A stretch of 64,000 bases of DNA. It comes from Candidatus Multivoradales bacterium. GTDB taxonomy: Bacteria > Acidobacteriota > Thermoanaerobaculia > Multivoradales > J023. Each line of letters begins with the position of its first letter. Position 1 is the stretch's first letter. The DNA lies in the NCBI GenBank assembly GCA_965248925.1, contig CBDFLE010000006.1, forward strand, positions 1,984,001 to 2,048,000, given 5' to 3'. Below, piece by piece: positions 9,239 through 19,182 of this stretch. The notes beneath the pieces were generated by a model that did no database searches, was not told the DNA's origin, and saw nothing but the letters and a program-made list of their open reading frames with translations. Both the position numbers and the translations under genes were made by a program.

Positions 9239-11293
9239 ATGAAGCGCTCATCCACAGACATTAGCTTGCGCTCTCGGATCGCCACCCAGCGGTGGGGACT
9301 CGGGGCACCGAGCCTGCTGGCTTGGACCACTGTGCTAGCTTGGACCACTGTGCTGGCTTGGACCACTGTGCTGGCTTGGACCCCTGTGGCCAGCGCAGCA
9401 GAACCACCCAAGAGCAAAACCGAGATTGAGCCCGTGGCTTTGAGCGGCCTGGTTTTGTCTGGCAAAGAGCCACTCGAAACAGCCAGCGTCTATGTCTACG
9501 AGGCCCACACTGCTTACCTGCATAAACTGGTCACCGATGTCGGCGGGCGCTTCCTACTTTCTCGACTACCCGCTGGGCTGTTCCAGATCATCGCCTCCAA
9601 AAAAGGCTTCTTGCCCCACGTCGAGAAGCTGGTTCGCGACCATGCCGATCTGCAACAGACTCTAAAGCTATCTCTGATCCCGGAGGATCCGCGCGATATC
9701 GCACAGCTGGAAAGCTATTGGGAGGTCCGCAGCCGCATTCCGGCGGACATATTGCGCGACATCTCGATCGCCGACCTGGTCGGGCGCGAGCACCTGCTAC
9801 AGCCGGTAGAGATCGCTGGCGGAGATGGGAAGTACTCGATGCTCACCCCCTCGGATTCGCGCCTGCAAGCCAACATGATCGTCCACAGCGGCATCGAGAG
9901 ACTCGGTGGCGATTTCGGCGACTTACAGATGACGGGCGGTGGCGTCGGCCTGCGCGGCGAGATTGGCAACTTGGAATTCGATGTTAGCGGCCAGATCCAG
10001 CAAATGGAGTCGAAGGCGCCGGGGCCCTCCTTCGCCCAGGGCACGCGGCGTCAACTGGAAGTTCGCATCGACAGCCCACAGAATTCACGGGTCAGGATCG
10101 TCACTTCGGCCGCCGATCTGTCTGGGCGTGGTGAGGTCGGCCAGCTTGCCGCGGTCGATTTGGAGCACTACCAGGTGCAGTGGTCCGGGCCCACCGGCAA
10201 GAAAGCGCAGAGTGGAGTGACCGCCAACTACATCGCCGAAAGCAACTTCTACCAGACCAGCGGTGGGATTGACCCGGCCTACGTCCCCGGCGCCTCCCAG
10301 ACTCTCGACCTGGAAGCCTTTTATCAGCGCCAGCTCAGCACCCGCACCAAATTCGAGACCGGCGTTCGCTTCCGGCAACGGAGTGGACTGACTAGCGATG
10401 CCGCGGTAGGCAGTTTCGATCAGCAGATGTCTGAGGAGACCATGGGTCTCTTCGGTAAGGGTAGCTCCCAGATTCAGCCGCGGGTGTTGGTGGAATACGG
10501 CCTTTACAGCCAGTATCAAGACGGTGACCTCTCGCTGATGCCCCACGTCGGCCTGGTGGTCGATCTCGGCAATACGTGGAAGGCGCGCAGTGCATTTTCC
10601 AACCGCACACTCGATGAGCGTTCCTCGCCCTATCAGCGATTTCATTCCGCCTTTTACAGCGACCGTCAAACCTGTGATGAGGTCGGTCAGAGTTGCTATG
10701 AGGTGTCCTTCACTCACCAGGGGCAAAGCGACGACGAGATTCGTCTTGGCGCCGTACATCGGGAGTACGCCGAAACCCTGCGGGTCTATTTTAGCCGCGA
10801 TTTCTTTGACCGCCTGGAAAGCCTCTACATGGTGCGTGGCGACGTGCTACCGGAACTCCAATTCAGCATGGTGCGCAGATTGGCACCCAAGATTCTTGCC
10901 CGCCTAGAGTCAAATCTGGCCGCGGGCGGTGGTGGGATCTTTTACGCCACCGACCAACGACCCTACGAGAATTCGGTGCGCTACCTGGTGACCTCCCTCG
11001 ACACTCGCTTTCAGCAAACTTCTACCGGGGTTTTCGTCGCCTTCCACCATCTCGAGCAGGAATACCAACCGCTTGATGAAAAGGGTCTGGAAGATTCCAC
11101 CTCGGGCACAAATCTTGATATTCAGCGACTAGAGTTGATGCTCACTCAGGATTTGCGTGTGCTCGCCAATCTTGCTGCCAATTGGACCGTGCAGGTCAAC
11201 ATGGAAGTCAGCCGCGGCTCGACGCCGTATCAGCTGACCAACAATAACGAGCTATTCAAGAAACTAACCGCTGGATTTTCGGTTTCCTTCTAG
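9239..11293 (+). CDS. Outer-membrane protein with N-terminal carboxypeptidase-regulatory-like domain and large beta-barrel
   Basis: LSGLVLSG...TDVGGRF...LPAGLFQIIASKKGF domain, beta-strand-rich remainder, ends FSVSF. Confidence 0.65.
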   Translation: MKRSSTDISLRSRIATQRWGLGAPSLLAWTTVLAWTTVLAWTTVLAWTPVASAAEPPKSKTEIEPVALSGLVLSGKEPLETASVYVYEAHTAYLHKLVTDVGGRFLLSRLPAGLFQIIASKKGFLPHVEKLVRDHADLQQTLKLSLIPEDPRDIAQLESYWEVRSRIPADILRDISIADLVGREHLLQPVEIAGGDGKYSMLTPSDSRLQANMIVHSGIERLGGDFGDLQMTGGGVGLRGEIGNLEFDVSGQIQQMESKAPGPSFAQGTRRQLEVRIDSPQNSRVRIVTSAADLSGRGEVGQLAAVDLEHYQVQWSGPTGKKAQSGVTANYIAESNFYQTSGGIDPAYVPGASQTLDLEAFYQRQLSTRTKFETGVRFRQRSGLTSDAAVGSFDQQMSEETMGLFGKGSSQIQPRVLVEYGLYSQYQDGDLSLMPHVGLVVDLGNTWKARSAFSNRTLDERSSPYQRFHSAFYSDRQTCDEVGQSCYEVSFTHQGQSDDEIRLGAVHREYAETLRVYFSRDFFDRLESLYMVRGDVLPELQFSMVRRLAPKILARLESNLAAGGGGIFYATDQRPYENSVRYLVTSLDTRFQQTSTGVFVAFHHLEQEYQPLDEKGLEDSTSGTNLDIQRLELMLTQDLRVLANLAANWTVQVNMEVSRGSTPYQLTNNNELFKKLTAGFSVSF
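9317..9388 (+). repeat. 18-bp tandem repeat x4 in the signal-peptide region (LAWTTV)
   Basis: CTGGCTTGGACCACTGTG units at 9317, 9335, 9353 and 9371. Confidence 0.9.
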
Positions 11294-11496
11294 CTTCCCT
11301 CTTGCCCCGAAGAACTTGCAGATTGGACCGAACCCTCTTGGTTCTGGTGGGGTCGATGAGTTTTGCAAAAGAACCCGCCGTCTTTTTGAATCCAGCCTTC
11401 TGTATGGCATTCACTAGATTGGAGGTTGTTCCCCCCAAAGATCGGCCAGGCCCAGCAATACGGTGTTTCCTTTGGCTATCCAATTCCTTGGGGTGA

Positions 11497-11512
11497 TGGC
11501 ATAAAACCTGCA
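11497..11512 (+). promoter_or_regulatory. Candidate sigma54 -24/-12 promoter
   Basis: TGGCAT-AAAAC-CTGCA with canonical GG-N10-GC spacing, just upstream of the sensor kinase. Confidence 0.6.
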
Positions 11513-11535
11513 CATCGCCTGGGCAGGGAGAGGAA

Positions 11536-14376
11536 ATGCACGCAGCGCCACAAATCACCGCCAGCCACCGGGAGATGACCACCAGCCGGTTGATCGCCAT
11601 CGGCTTCGCGCTGCTGCTCGCAATCGGCCTGGCGGCCCTCGGTACGCTGAGCTTCGAACGCCGAGTAAACGGCTTTCAGCCGCTGGGCTTTAGTGTCGAG
11701 CACGGTAGCGGCAAGCACAGCGGCCAGCCTTGGCGAATCCTGACTGTCGACAGCACCCCAAGCGAGCTGCAGCCTGGCGATCTCCTACTGCTGGTCAATG
11801 GCACCCGACCGCAGAGTTACGACCATCTGGCAACCTTGGTGACCAGCCAGCCGCAGAGTGAGATTCTGGTGCAGCGAGGCGCAGGACGAGCACCGACGAT
11901 CCGCTATCAACGCCCGGCGCTAAACATCGACTTCGCCTACTTGCTGCTGACCGCGAGCGGGCTCTTGTACCTACTGATCGGCCTCTACACCGCGCTGCGG
12001 GGCAGCGGGGCCACCGTTCGTATTTTCTACCTTTGGTGCTTGGCGGCGGCGGCCTATTTCATCTTGTCGCCGCGGCTTGGCCCGCCGGACCGAGCCGACC
12101 AAGCGATCTTGCTGGTCGAGCAGTTGGCGCGACTCCTCTTGCCGGCTCTGACCCTGCATCTATTTCTGGTCTTTCCCAACCGCCCGGCAATCACCTGGCT
12201 GCGCCGGGCGACGCCATTTCTCTACCTGCCAGCGGCTCTGCTGACCGCCTTGCATAGCGACTTGTTTTTCTTTCAAGGACGCTATTTCGCAGGCTCTCTT
12301 TCGGCAGCGAAACTGCAACTATTAGACCGGATTGACCTGCTGCTGCTAGTGGCATTCACCGCGCTGGCGGTGATCGTGCTGGCCTTTCGCCGGGCGCGCC
12401 AGAAAGGCTGGGAAGCCCGCCGGCAAATGCAGTGGATGGCGATCGGCCTGGTGACCGGTTACGGACCGTTCCTAGTCCTCTATGTCGCCCCGTGGAGCCT
12501 GGGACTCTCCTGGCCCGGCTGGACCAGCACTTTGGCGGTTCTCTTCCTCGGCTTGGTACCGGTGACTTTCGCCTGGGCCATTCTGCGCTACAAACTGCTC
12601 GAGATCGGCAGCATCGTTCGCCAGAGCGTGGCCTTGACCTTGGCCGCCATCGCCGGTCTGTTTACTTTTGCACTGCTGCAGCTCGGACTGGAACGGGCGC
12701 TGTCAGATTCTCAAGAGCTGGCCCGTAACCTACTGACCTTCTCTGGCGGCCTGGCCATTGCCGGCGTATTATTGCCACTTCGCTCGGCGGTTTCAGCCGG
12801 CCTCGAGAGGCTCCAGTACGGCAACCACCTAGGCTCACGACGAGCCCTTCACGAACTTGGCCGTGAGTTGCTCGGTGAGCACCAATTAGCCCAGCTGGCA
12901 CCACGCCTGGTCGACAGCCTGGCCAGCGGACTCGCCGTCGAACCGGTGGAGCTTTACTTGAAGAACGCCGCCGGTGAATTCGTGGCCTCGGCACCGCAGG
13001 CCGATTTATCTCGCCTACCCCGAGGATCCTTCACCGGCCGATTTTGGAACTGTGAAGTCGACAGCCTCTCTCCGGTCGAGCTTTCAGAGGGCGAGCTAAC
13101 CAGCACGCAAGAACTGTTCTTACTTGGTTTCCGGTATGCCTTTCCTCTGCTCACCCGCCATCCCGATGGAGATCCGAACCCGATCGGGGTACTAGTCACC
13201 GGCTACCACACCGACCAAGAGCCGCTGTCGAACGACGATTTGAACTTGACTCGCGGGCTGCTCAATCAAGCGGCGCTAGCGATCGAAAACGCGCGCCTGC
13301 TGGGGGAAGTTCGCCAGCAGCTAACCCAAGTCACCCAGCTTCGGGAGCACAGTCGAGGCATTATTGAATCCTCTCCGGCGGGGATCGTGGTGCTCGACGC
13401 TGGCTGTCGAATCACCTCGGCCAACCGCGCTTTTTGCGCGATCGTCGGTTGCCGCGAAGCGATCGAAGGGCAGCCGTTGAAAGAAGTCCTACCGGTCTCC
13501 CCCCTGCCCCTCGTCGAGGGCGGCTCGGTGGAAGTCAGCTATTGCGAAATGAACGGCAGAGAGCGCCACCTGCGGCTCAGCATCGCCCCCTTCAATAGCC
13601 CCGATTCGCAGACCGAGGGATTCCGCATTTTGGTGTTACACGACTCGTCGGAGCGGGTGGCGCTAGAACAGGAACTGGCAGAAAAGGAACGCCTGGCCGC
13701 CCTCGGCATGCTTGCCGCCGGAGTTGCCCACGAGGTCAACACCCCTCTGACCGGCATCTCGAGTTATGCCCAGATGCTGATGCAGGGGATGACGGCGAAC
13801 GATCCCCGCCGCGAGCTGCTGAAAAAGGTCGAGCAACAGACTTTCCGCGCCTCACAGATCGTCAACAACCTGCTGGAGTTCTCCCGCAATCGGCGTCATG
13901 AGCCGCGGTTGGTGGATCTGGTCGGGGTGCTCAGCGAGTGCGTGGAACAACTCGCCCCAAGAACCTACGAAGCCGCGGTGGAGGTGCTGTGGAATCCACC
14001 GACCGAGCCGCTGCGGGTGCTCGGCAATGAAGGCGAACTTGGCCAAGTGTTCACCAACCTGCTAGCGAATGCCGTAGAAGCGATGGCACCCCTTGGCGGC
14101 GGGCGTCTACAGATCGGTGCCCGACAGCAAAACCAGCGCTTACTGATCGAGATTCGTGACCAAGGCCCAGGGATTGCCAAAGAACGGATCGAGCGCATCT
14201 TCGAGCCCTTCTTCTCCAGTAGACTGGGGCGCGGCGGCACCGGTTTGGGCCTGGCGATCTGCCAAAACATCGTTCGCCGCCATCGCGGCACCCTGCGAGC
14301 AAGAAATCGCCGCGAGGGAACGGGTTCGACCTTCACCGTCGAATTGCCGAGCAGCGACTCCGGCAACCGCGGCTAG
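11536..14376 (+). CDS. Multi-TM sensor histidine kinase (PDZ-like, GAF, PAS, HisKA, HATPase)
   Basis: LQPGDLLLLVNG PDZ-like motif, many TM helices, GVAHEVNTPL H-box, QVFTNLLANA N-box, DQGPGI and GTGLGL G-boxes. Confidence 0.92.
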   Translation: MHAAPQITASHREMTTSRLIAIGFALLLAIGLAALGTLSFERRVNGFQPLGFSVEHGSGKHSGQPWRILTVDSTPSELQPGDLLLLVNGTRPQSYDHLATLVTSQPQSEILVQRGAGRAPTIRYQRPALNIDFAYLLLTASGLLYLLIGLYTALRGSGATVRIFYLWCLAAAAYFILSPRLGPPDRADQAILLVEQLARLLLPALTLHLFLVFPNRPAITWLRRATPFLYLPAALLTALHSDLFFFQGRYFAGSLSAAKLQLLDRIDLLLLVAFTALAVIVLAFRRARQKGWEARRQMQWMAIGLVTGYGPFLVLYVAPWSLGLSWPGWTSTLAVLFLGLVPVTFAWAILRYKLLEIGSIVRQSVALTLAAIAGLFTFALLQLGLERALSDSQELARNLLTFSGGLAIAGVLLPLRSAVSAGLERLQYGNHLGSRRALHELGRELLGEHQLAQLAPRLVDSLASGLAVEPVELYLKNAAGEFVASAPQADLSRLPRGSFTGRFWNCEVDSLSPVELSEGELTSTQELFLLGFRYAFPLLTRHPDGDPNPIGVLVTGYHTDQEPLSNDDLNLTRGLLNQAALAIENARLLGEVRQQLTQVTQLREHSRGIIESSPAGIVVLDAGCRITSANRAFCAIVGCREAIEGQPLKEVLPVSPLPLVEGGSVEVSYCEMNGRERHLRLSIAPFNSPDSQTEGFRILVLHDSSERVALEQELAEKERLAALGMLAAGVAHEVNTPLTGISSYAQMLMQGMTANDPRRELLKKVEQQTFRASQIVNNLLEFSRNRRHEPRLVDLVGVLSECVEQLAPRTYEAAVEVLWNPPTEPLRVLGNEGELGQVFTNLLANAVEAMAPLGGGRLQIGARQQNQRLLIEIRDQGPGIAKERIERIFEPFFSSRLGRGGTGLGLAICQNIVRRHRGTLRARNRREGTGSTFTVELPSSDSGNRG

Positions 14377-14423
14377 ACCGCTCAATGACACCAGCTCTTG
14401 CAGATGAATACTCGCATCATTGT

Positions 14424-15803
14424 ATGAACATCCTCATTATCGACGACGAAGAAGTCCTGCAAGACATCCTCGGCGCCTTGGTGCGCGGTGAGGGCTGGAA
14501 TCCCATCCGCGCAATGAGCGGCGAGGAGGGGCTCCGCCTGCTCGAGACCGAAGACGTCGAGCTGGTGTTGCTCGACATGATGTTGCCCACCTTGTCTGGC
14601 CGGGAGGTTCTTCAGCAGCTACGGGCCGAGCACCCTGAATTAGTGGTGGTAGTGATCACCGCCTTCTCCTCGATCGAGGGAGCCATCGAGGCGATGCGCG
14701 AGGGCGCTTTTCACTACATCCCCAAGCCGTTCAAAAACGAAGAAGTGCTGATCACTATTCGCAAGGGGCTGGAGCAACGCCGGCTGAAGCGGGAAAACCG
14801 CGAGCTGCGCCAACAACTGCGCCAGGTCTATGGCTTTGACAACATCATCGGTAAGTCGAAACCGATGCAGAAAATCTTCGAGCTGGTTCGCCTGGCGGCA
14901 CCCTCGAAATCCAACATCCTGGTGCTCGGCGAGAGCGGTACCGGCAAAGAACTGGTGGCCAAGGCGATCCACCACCACTCGCGGCGCGCTGGCGGACCCT
15001 TCGTCACCGTCAACTCGGGCTCGATGCCCCACGAGCTACTCGAATCGAACCTCTTCGGCCACATCAAAGGGGCCTTCACCGGCGCCGTGGCGAGCAAGAA
15101 GGGACTTTTCGAGATGGCCGCCGGCGGCTCGATCTTCTTCGACGAAATCGGCAACATTCCGATCGAGACTCAGGCCAAGCTACTGCGGGTGATTCAGGAG
15201 AAGGAGTTCATGCGCCTCGGCGGCGTTGACACCATGCAGGCCGACGTGCGCCTGATCGCCGCCACCAACGCGGATCTGGAGGCTCTGGTTCGCGATGGCA
15301 AGTTCCGCGAGGACCTCTTCTACCGCCTCAACGTGATCAATCTGCAGCTGCCGCCACTACGCAAACGGGCCGAGGATATTCCGCTGCTGGCACTGCACTT
15401 TCTCGGCCGCTATGCGCGCGAGAACGAAAAGCAGATCGACACCATAACCTCCCGCGCCATGGAAATGCTGATCGACCATCGCTGGCCCGGCAATGTGCGC
15501 GAATTGGAGAACATCATTGAGCGGGCCGTCGTGCTGTCCACCGGTGACAGCGTTGATGTCGACTTGCTCGCCCCGTCAGTGCGAGAACCGCGCTATTTCG
15601 ACCTGCCTTCCCCCACCCTGCAGAAAAACGGCATCTCCTTCAAGGAAGCGGTAGCGAGCTACGAGCGGCTGCTGATCACCCACGCTCTGCGCGCCGCCGG
15701 CGGAGTGCAGAAGCGGGCTGCCGAGAAGCTCAAAGTCAAGCCCACCACCCTGCACGAGATGATGAAACGCCTGCGGGTCCGCGCCGACACGCTCGACCTC
15801 TGA
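14424..15803 (+). CDS. Sigma54-dependent response regulator (NtrC/AtoC family)
   Basis: Receiver domain (IIDDE, LLDMMLP), GESGTGKE, GAFTGA, WPGNVREL, C-terminal Fis-type HTH. Confidence 0.95.
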   Translation: MNILIIDDEEVLQDILGALVRGEGWNPIRAMSGEEGLRLLETEDVELVLLDMMLPTLSGREVLQQLRAEHPELVVVVITAFSSIEGAIEAMREGAFHYIPKPFKNEEVLITIRKGLEQRRLKRENRELRQQLRQVYGFDNIIGKSKPMQKIFELVRLAAPSKSNILVLGESGTGKELVAKAIHHHSRRAGGPFVTVNSGSMPHELLESNLFGHIKGAFTGAVASKKGLFEMAAGGSIFFDEIGNIPIETQAKLLRVIQEKEFMRLGGVDTMQADVRLIAATNADLEALVRDGKFREDLFYRLNVINLQLPPLRKRAEDIPLLALHFLGRYARENEKQIDTITSRAMEMLIDHRWPGNVRELENIIERAVVLSTGDSVDVDLLAPSVREPRYFDLPSPTLQKNGISFKEAVASYERLLITHALRAAGGVQKRAAEKLKVKPTTLHEMMKRLRVRADTLDL

Positions 15804-15877
15804 TCACTTGCGAAACCCCTTGTGCCGCGCTGCGGCAGAGCTAACTTCTGTACTTTCAACACTTCCACGCGTTGTTA

Positions 15878-15893
15878 TGTTTCACATGGAACA
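15878..15893. promoter_or_regulatory. parS-like site
   Basis: TGTTTCACATGGAACA, one mismatch from the known parS variant TGTTTCACGTGGAACA. Confidence 0.5.
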
Positions 15894-16035
15894 CTCTCTG
15901 AGTCAGGGCGCGGCAGAAGCGAGCAGCGCTCGAAGCAGAAAAAGAGAGAAAACGCAACATATTGCGGTAGCTCAATTCGCACCCCCCTACCGAATGTGAC
16001 AGCACCTCGGCTCAATCCAAGCCTCTCTAGACAGC

Positions 16036-17232
16036 CTACTCGGCCCGCAGGGCCTCTAGAGGGCTCAGCCGAGCCGCTCGGCGGGCCGGCAGGACGCCAG
16101 AGACCAAGCCGGTCAAGACACTGACCGCGACCGCCGCAACGACAAATTGCGGCGGTGTGCTGATCGGCAATGCCGGCACCGCGGCGCGCAGCAGCAGACA
16201 GGCGAACCACCCTGCCGCCAAGCCGGCCAAACCACCCAAGGTGGAGAGCAAAGCTGCTTCGGCCAGGAACAGCCCTTGCACCTGTCGCCGGGTAGCGCCC
16301 AGGGAGCGCAGCACGCCGATCTCTTGGGTGCGCTCACCGACCGCGATCCACATCATGGTCAAGATGCCCACCGCCCCCACCAGCAGCGAGATACCGGCGA
16401 TGGCGCCCACCGAAGCGGTGATCATTCCCATGACATTGCCAAAGACCTCAACCATCGCCGCTTGGCTGATGATGGTGAAGTCCTCGTTGCCACCATGGCG
16501 TTCGATCAACACTGCGCGAATCGCCTTCTCGACCTGCTCTGCCTGGCGCGCAGTGCCGTAGAGAATATCGATCTCAGTGAGTTCTTCGCGGTTGAACAAC
16601 CGCAGGGCGCTGGCGACTGGAATGTAAGCGGCGTCGTCGATGTCGAAACCCAGCATGCGGCCCTTGGGCTCCATCACTCCGACCACGCGGAACCTGCCGC
16701 CGCCAATGCGCAACCAGCGTCCCAATGGATTGAGATCGCTGAAGAGTTCCCGCTTCAGGGTGGGGCCGATCACTGCCACAGGGGCGGTACGCTGCGGATC
16801 GCCAGGCGCCAGGAAGGTGCCTTGACGCACCCCCCACTGCCACACTTTGGGAGCGGCGGCGGTGCTGCCGTAAACCACCACGCTACGCCCCCGGGGGCCG
16901 GCTTCCACCCGTGCCGTGCCAACAACCAGCGGCACGACTCCCTCGACCCCCGGTATGCGTTCTAGAGCCACCGCATCATCGATTGTCAGCTGGTGGGTGG
17001 TGCCCCCCAAGACTCCTGGCAGGCCGACGGTCTCGGTCTTGCCCGGATTGACCTGAAATAACTTGGTGCCGAATTGGGTGAATTGGGTGAGCATGTACTG
17101 TCGGGTGCCTTCGCCGATCGACGTCAGCAGCACTACCGAGGCAATACCGATCGCAATTCCCAGCAGGGACAGGCCAGAGCGCAGACGATGCCCCCAGATG
17201 GCGCCAGCGGTCATTTTCCACAGATCGATCAT
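16036..17232 (-). CDS. MacB/FtsX-family ABC permease
   Basis: LRSGLSLLGIAIGIASVV, ERTQEIGVLRSLGA, PARRAARLSP. Confidence 0.92.
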   Translation of the reverse strand: MIDLWKMTAGAIWGHRLRSGLSLLGIAIGIASVVLLTSIGEGTRQYMLTQFTQFGTKLFQVNPGKTETVGLPGVLGGTTHQLTIDDAVALERIPGVEGVVPLVVGTARVEAGPRGRSVVVYGSTAAAPKVWQWGVRQGTFLAPGDPQRTAPVAVIGPTLKRELFSDLNPLGRWLRIGGGRFRVVGVMEPKGRMLGFDIDDAAYIPVASALRLFNREELTEIDILYGTARQAEQVEKAIRAVLIERHGGNEDFTIISQAAMVEVFGNVMGMITASVGAIAGISLLVGAVGILTMMWIAVGERTQEIGVLRSLGATRRQVQGLFLAEAALLSTLGGLAGLAAGWFACLLLRAAVPALPISTPPQFVVAAVAVSVLTGLVSGVLPARRAARLSPLEALRAE

Positions 17233-17236
17233 CGTT

Positions 17237-18439
17237 CTAGCCCTTGCTCAGCGCTTCTACTGGATCGAGTGCCGCGGCCCGCCGCGCTGGCAACAAGCCA
17301 AAAATCGCCCCCACCAGCAGCGACACGGTGAAGGCCGACACCACCGCCCACAGCGGCGGCGCCGCCGGCAAGGCGGGGAAGATGCGCACCATCAGCCGCA
17401 CCGCCAAGCCGCCAAGGGCCAGCCCCAGCACCCCGCCGCAGCCGGACAACATCACTGCCTCGATTAAAAAGGCGGCCAAAATCTGCCGCTTGGCGGCCCC
17501 TAGAGCCCGCAACAGACCAATCTCCGAAGTGCGCTCGGAAGCCGCCACTAGCATCACGTTCATGATGCCCAGACCGGCGACCGACAGCGACACCGCGGCG
17601 ATACCTCCCAATGCAAAGGTCAAGGCACCGAGAATCGACGAGAAGGTGCTGGCCAAGGCTTCCTCGGTCTGCACCGTGAAGTCTTCCTCGCCGTGGCGCT
17701 CCAGCAGCAGCCGACGCACCGCCTCTCTAGATCTCTCGATATCGTCGTAGGCACCCACCTTGATCAACAGCCGAAAAAGGGTGTGCGTGTCGAACATGCG
17801 CATCGCGGTGGCGGTCGGTACCATCACCAACTCATCGAGATCAATACCTAGCTGAGTGCCGGTGGGAGCCAGCACACCGATCACCCGCATGCGAAACTCA
17901 CCCACCCGCACCACCGAACCGACCGGCTCGTCGAGAGGAAACAACTCTCGCGCCACGGCGTGACCCAGCACCACCACCGCGGTGCCGCGATCGACCTCGC
18001 CCACCGGCAGAAAACTGCCATAGGCCAGCTCCAGATCGCGCACCTCGAGGTATTGGTGATTGGTGCCGATCACCGCCACTTGGCGCTGCAACTCGCCGTG
18101 AGACACCACATCGGTACTCATGGCGATCGGCGCCACCTGGCGCGCCTGGGCGATCCGCCGAGCCACTGCACGGGCATCGTCGAGAGTCAGATCGTTGGGG
18201 GTGCCGATCACCCCCGGCAACGCCCCGGTGGTTTCGGTGCGCCCCGGCACCACCGCCAGCAAATTAGTGCCGAGGGTCGAGAATTGATCCACCACATAGC
18301 GCCGGGCACCTTCACCAAGAGCGGTCAAGATGACCACCGCCGCCACCCCGATACTCACCCCAAGCAGCGACAACAGACTGCGCAGTCGCGCTCCAGATAG
18401 CGCCCCGGCGGCAAAGCGCAGCAAGTCGGCAAAGCTCAC
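17237..18439 (-). CDS. MacB/FtsX-family ABC permease
   Basis: LRSLLSLLGVSIGVAAVV, GIMNVML, ERTSEIGLLRALGA. Confidence 0.92.
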   Translation of the reverse strand: MSFADLLRFAAGALSGARLRSLLSLLGVSIGVAAVVILTALGEGARRYVVDQFSTLGTNLLAVVPGRTETTGALPGVIGTPNDLTLDDARAVARRIAQARQVAPIAMSTDVVSHGELQRQVAVIGTNHQYLEVRDLELAYGSFLPVGEVDRGTAVVVLGHAVARELFPLDEPVGSVVRVGEFRMRVIGVLAPTGTQLGIDLDELVMVPTATAMRMFDTHTLFRLLIKVGAYDDIERSREAVRRLLLERHGEEDFTVQTEEALASTFSSILGALTFALGGIAAVSLSVAGLGIMNVMLVAASERTSEIGLLRALGAAKRQILAAFLIEAVMLSGCGGVLGLALGGLAVRLMVRIFPALPAAPPLWAVVSAFTVSLLVGAIFGLLPARRAAALDPVEALSKG

Positions 18440-19182
18440 CCCTTGGCCTCCTCGGGAGCGTCGTCGTCCACCGATCCGAGCAGGATCTCGACCACCTGAC
18501 CCACCTCCTCACCCGGTACCTGCTCGACCACCCGACCGTCGACCAGCACCAAGATGCGGTCGGCGCGGCGCGCCACCTTCGGATCGTGGGTCACCACCAC
18601 CAGGGTGAGACCATCCTCGTTAAGCCGTTCGAGCAGCTCCAAGACCTGCTTGCCAGAGCCTGAATCCAGGTTGCCCGTCGGCTCGTCGGCAAGCAGGACT
18701 CGTGGCCCCATCACCGTCGCCCGCGCCAAAGCAACCCGCTGGCGCTCACCGCCTGACAGCTGCGAGGGCCGGTGATCGGCTCGATCCGCCAACCCTACCG
18801 CCGCGAGCTGCGCTCGCACCCGCTGGCGCCGCTGGCGCCGGGCAATGCCGGCGAAGATCATCGGCAACTCCACATTGCCGGCGGCATCGAGACGCTCCAC
18901 CAGATGAAAGAACTGGAAGACGAAGCCGATCAGATTGCGCCTGACCAGGGTGAGTTGCCTGTCGTCGAGTTCCCCCACCGCCCGCCCATCCAGGGTGTAA
19001 GTACCCGCGGTGGGCTGATCCAGACAGCCGACAATGTTCAGCAGGGTCGACTTGCCCGATCCCGACGGACCCATGATTGCCACGTGCTCCCCTGGACGGA
19101 TGTGGATATCGACCTCGCGCAGCGCCTTGACTGGCCGGCCACCGACCTCGAAAGTGCGCGACACGCCACGCAGCTGAATCAC
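18436..19182 (-). CDS. ABC transporter ATP-binding protein (LolD/MacB type)
   Basis: GPSGSGKST, LSGGERQRV, LLADEPTGNLD. Confidence 0.95.
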   Translation of the reverse strand: MIQLRGVSRTFEVGGRPVKALREVDIHIRPGEHVAIMGPSGSGKSTLLNIVGCLDQPTAGTYTLDGRAVGELDDRQLTLVRRNLIGFVFQFFHLVERLDAAGNVELPMIFAGIARRQRRQRVRAQLAAVGLADRADHRPSQLSGGERQRVALARATVMGPRVLLADEPTGNLDSGSGKQVLELLERLNEDGLTLVVVTHDPKVARRADRILVLVDGRVVEQVPGEEVGQVVEILLGSVDDDAPEEAKG

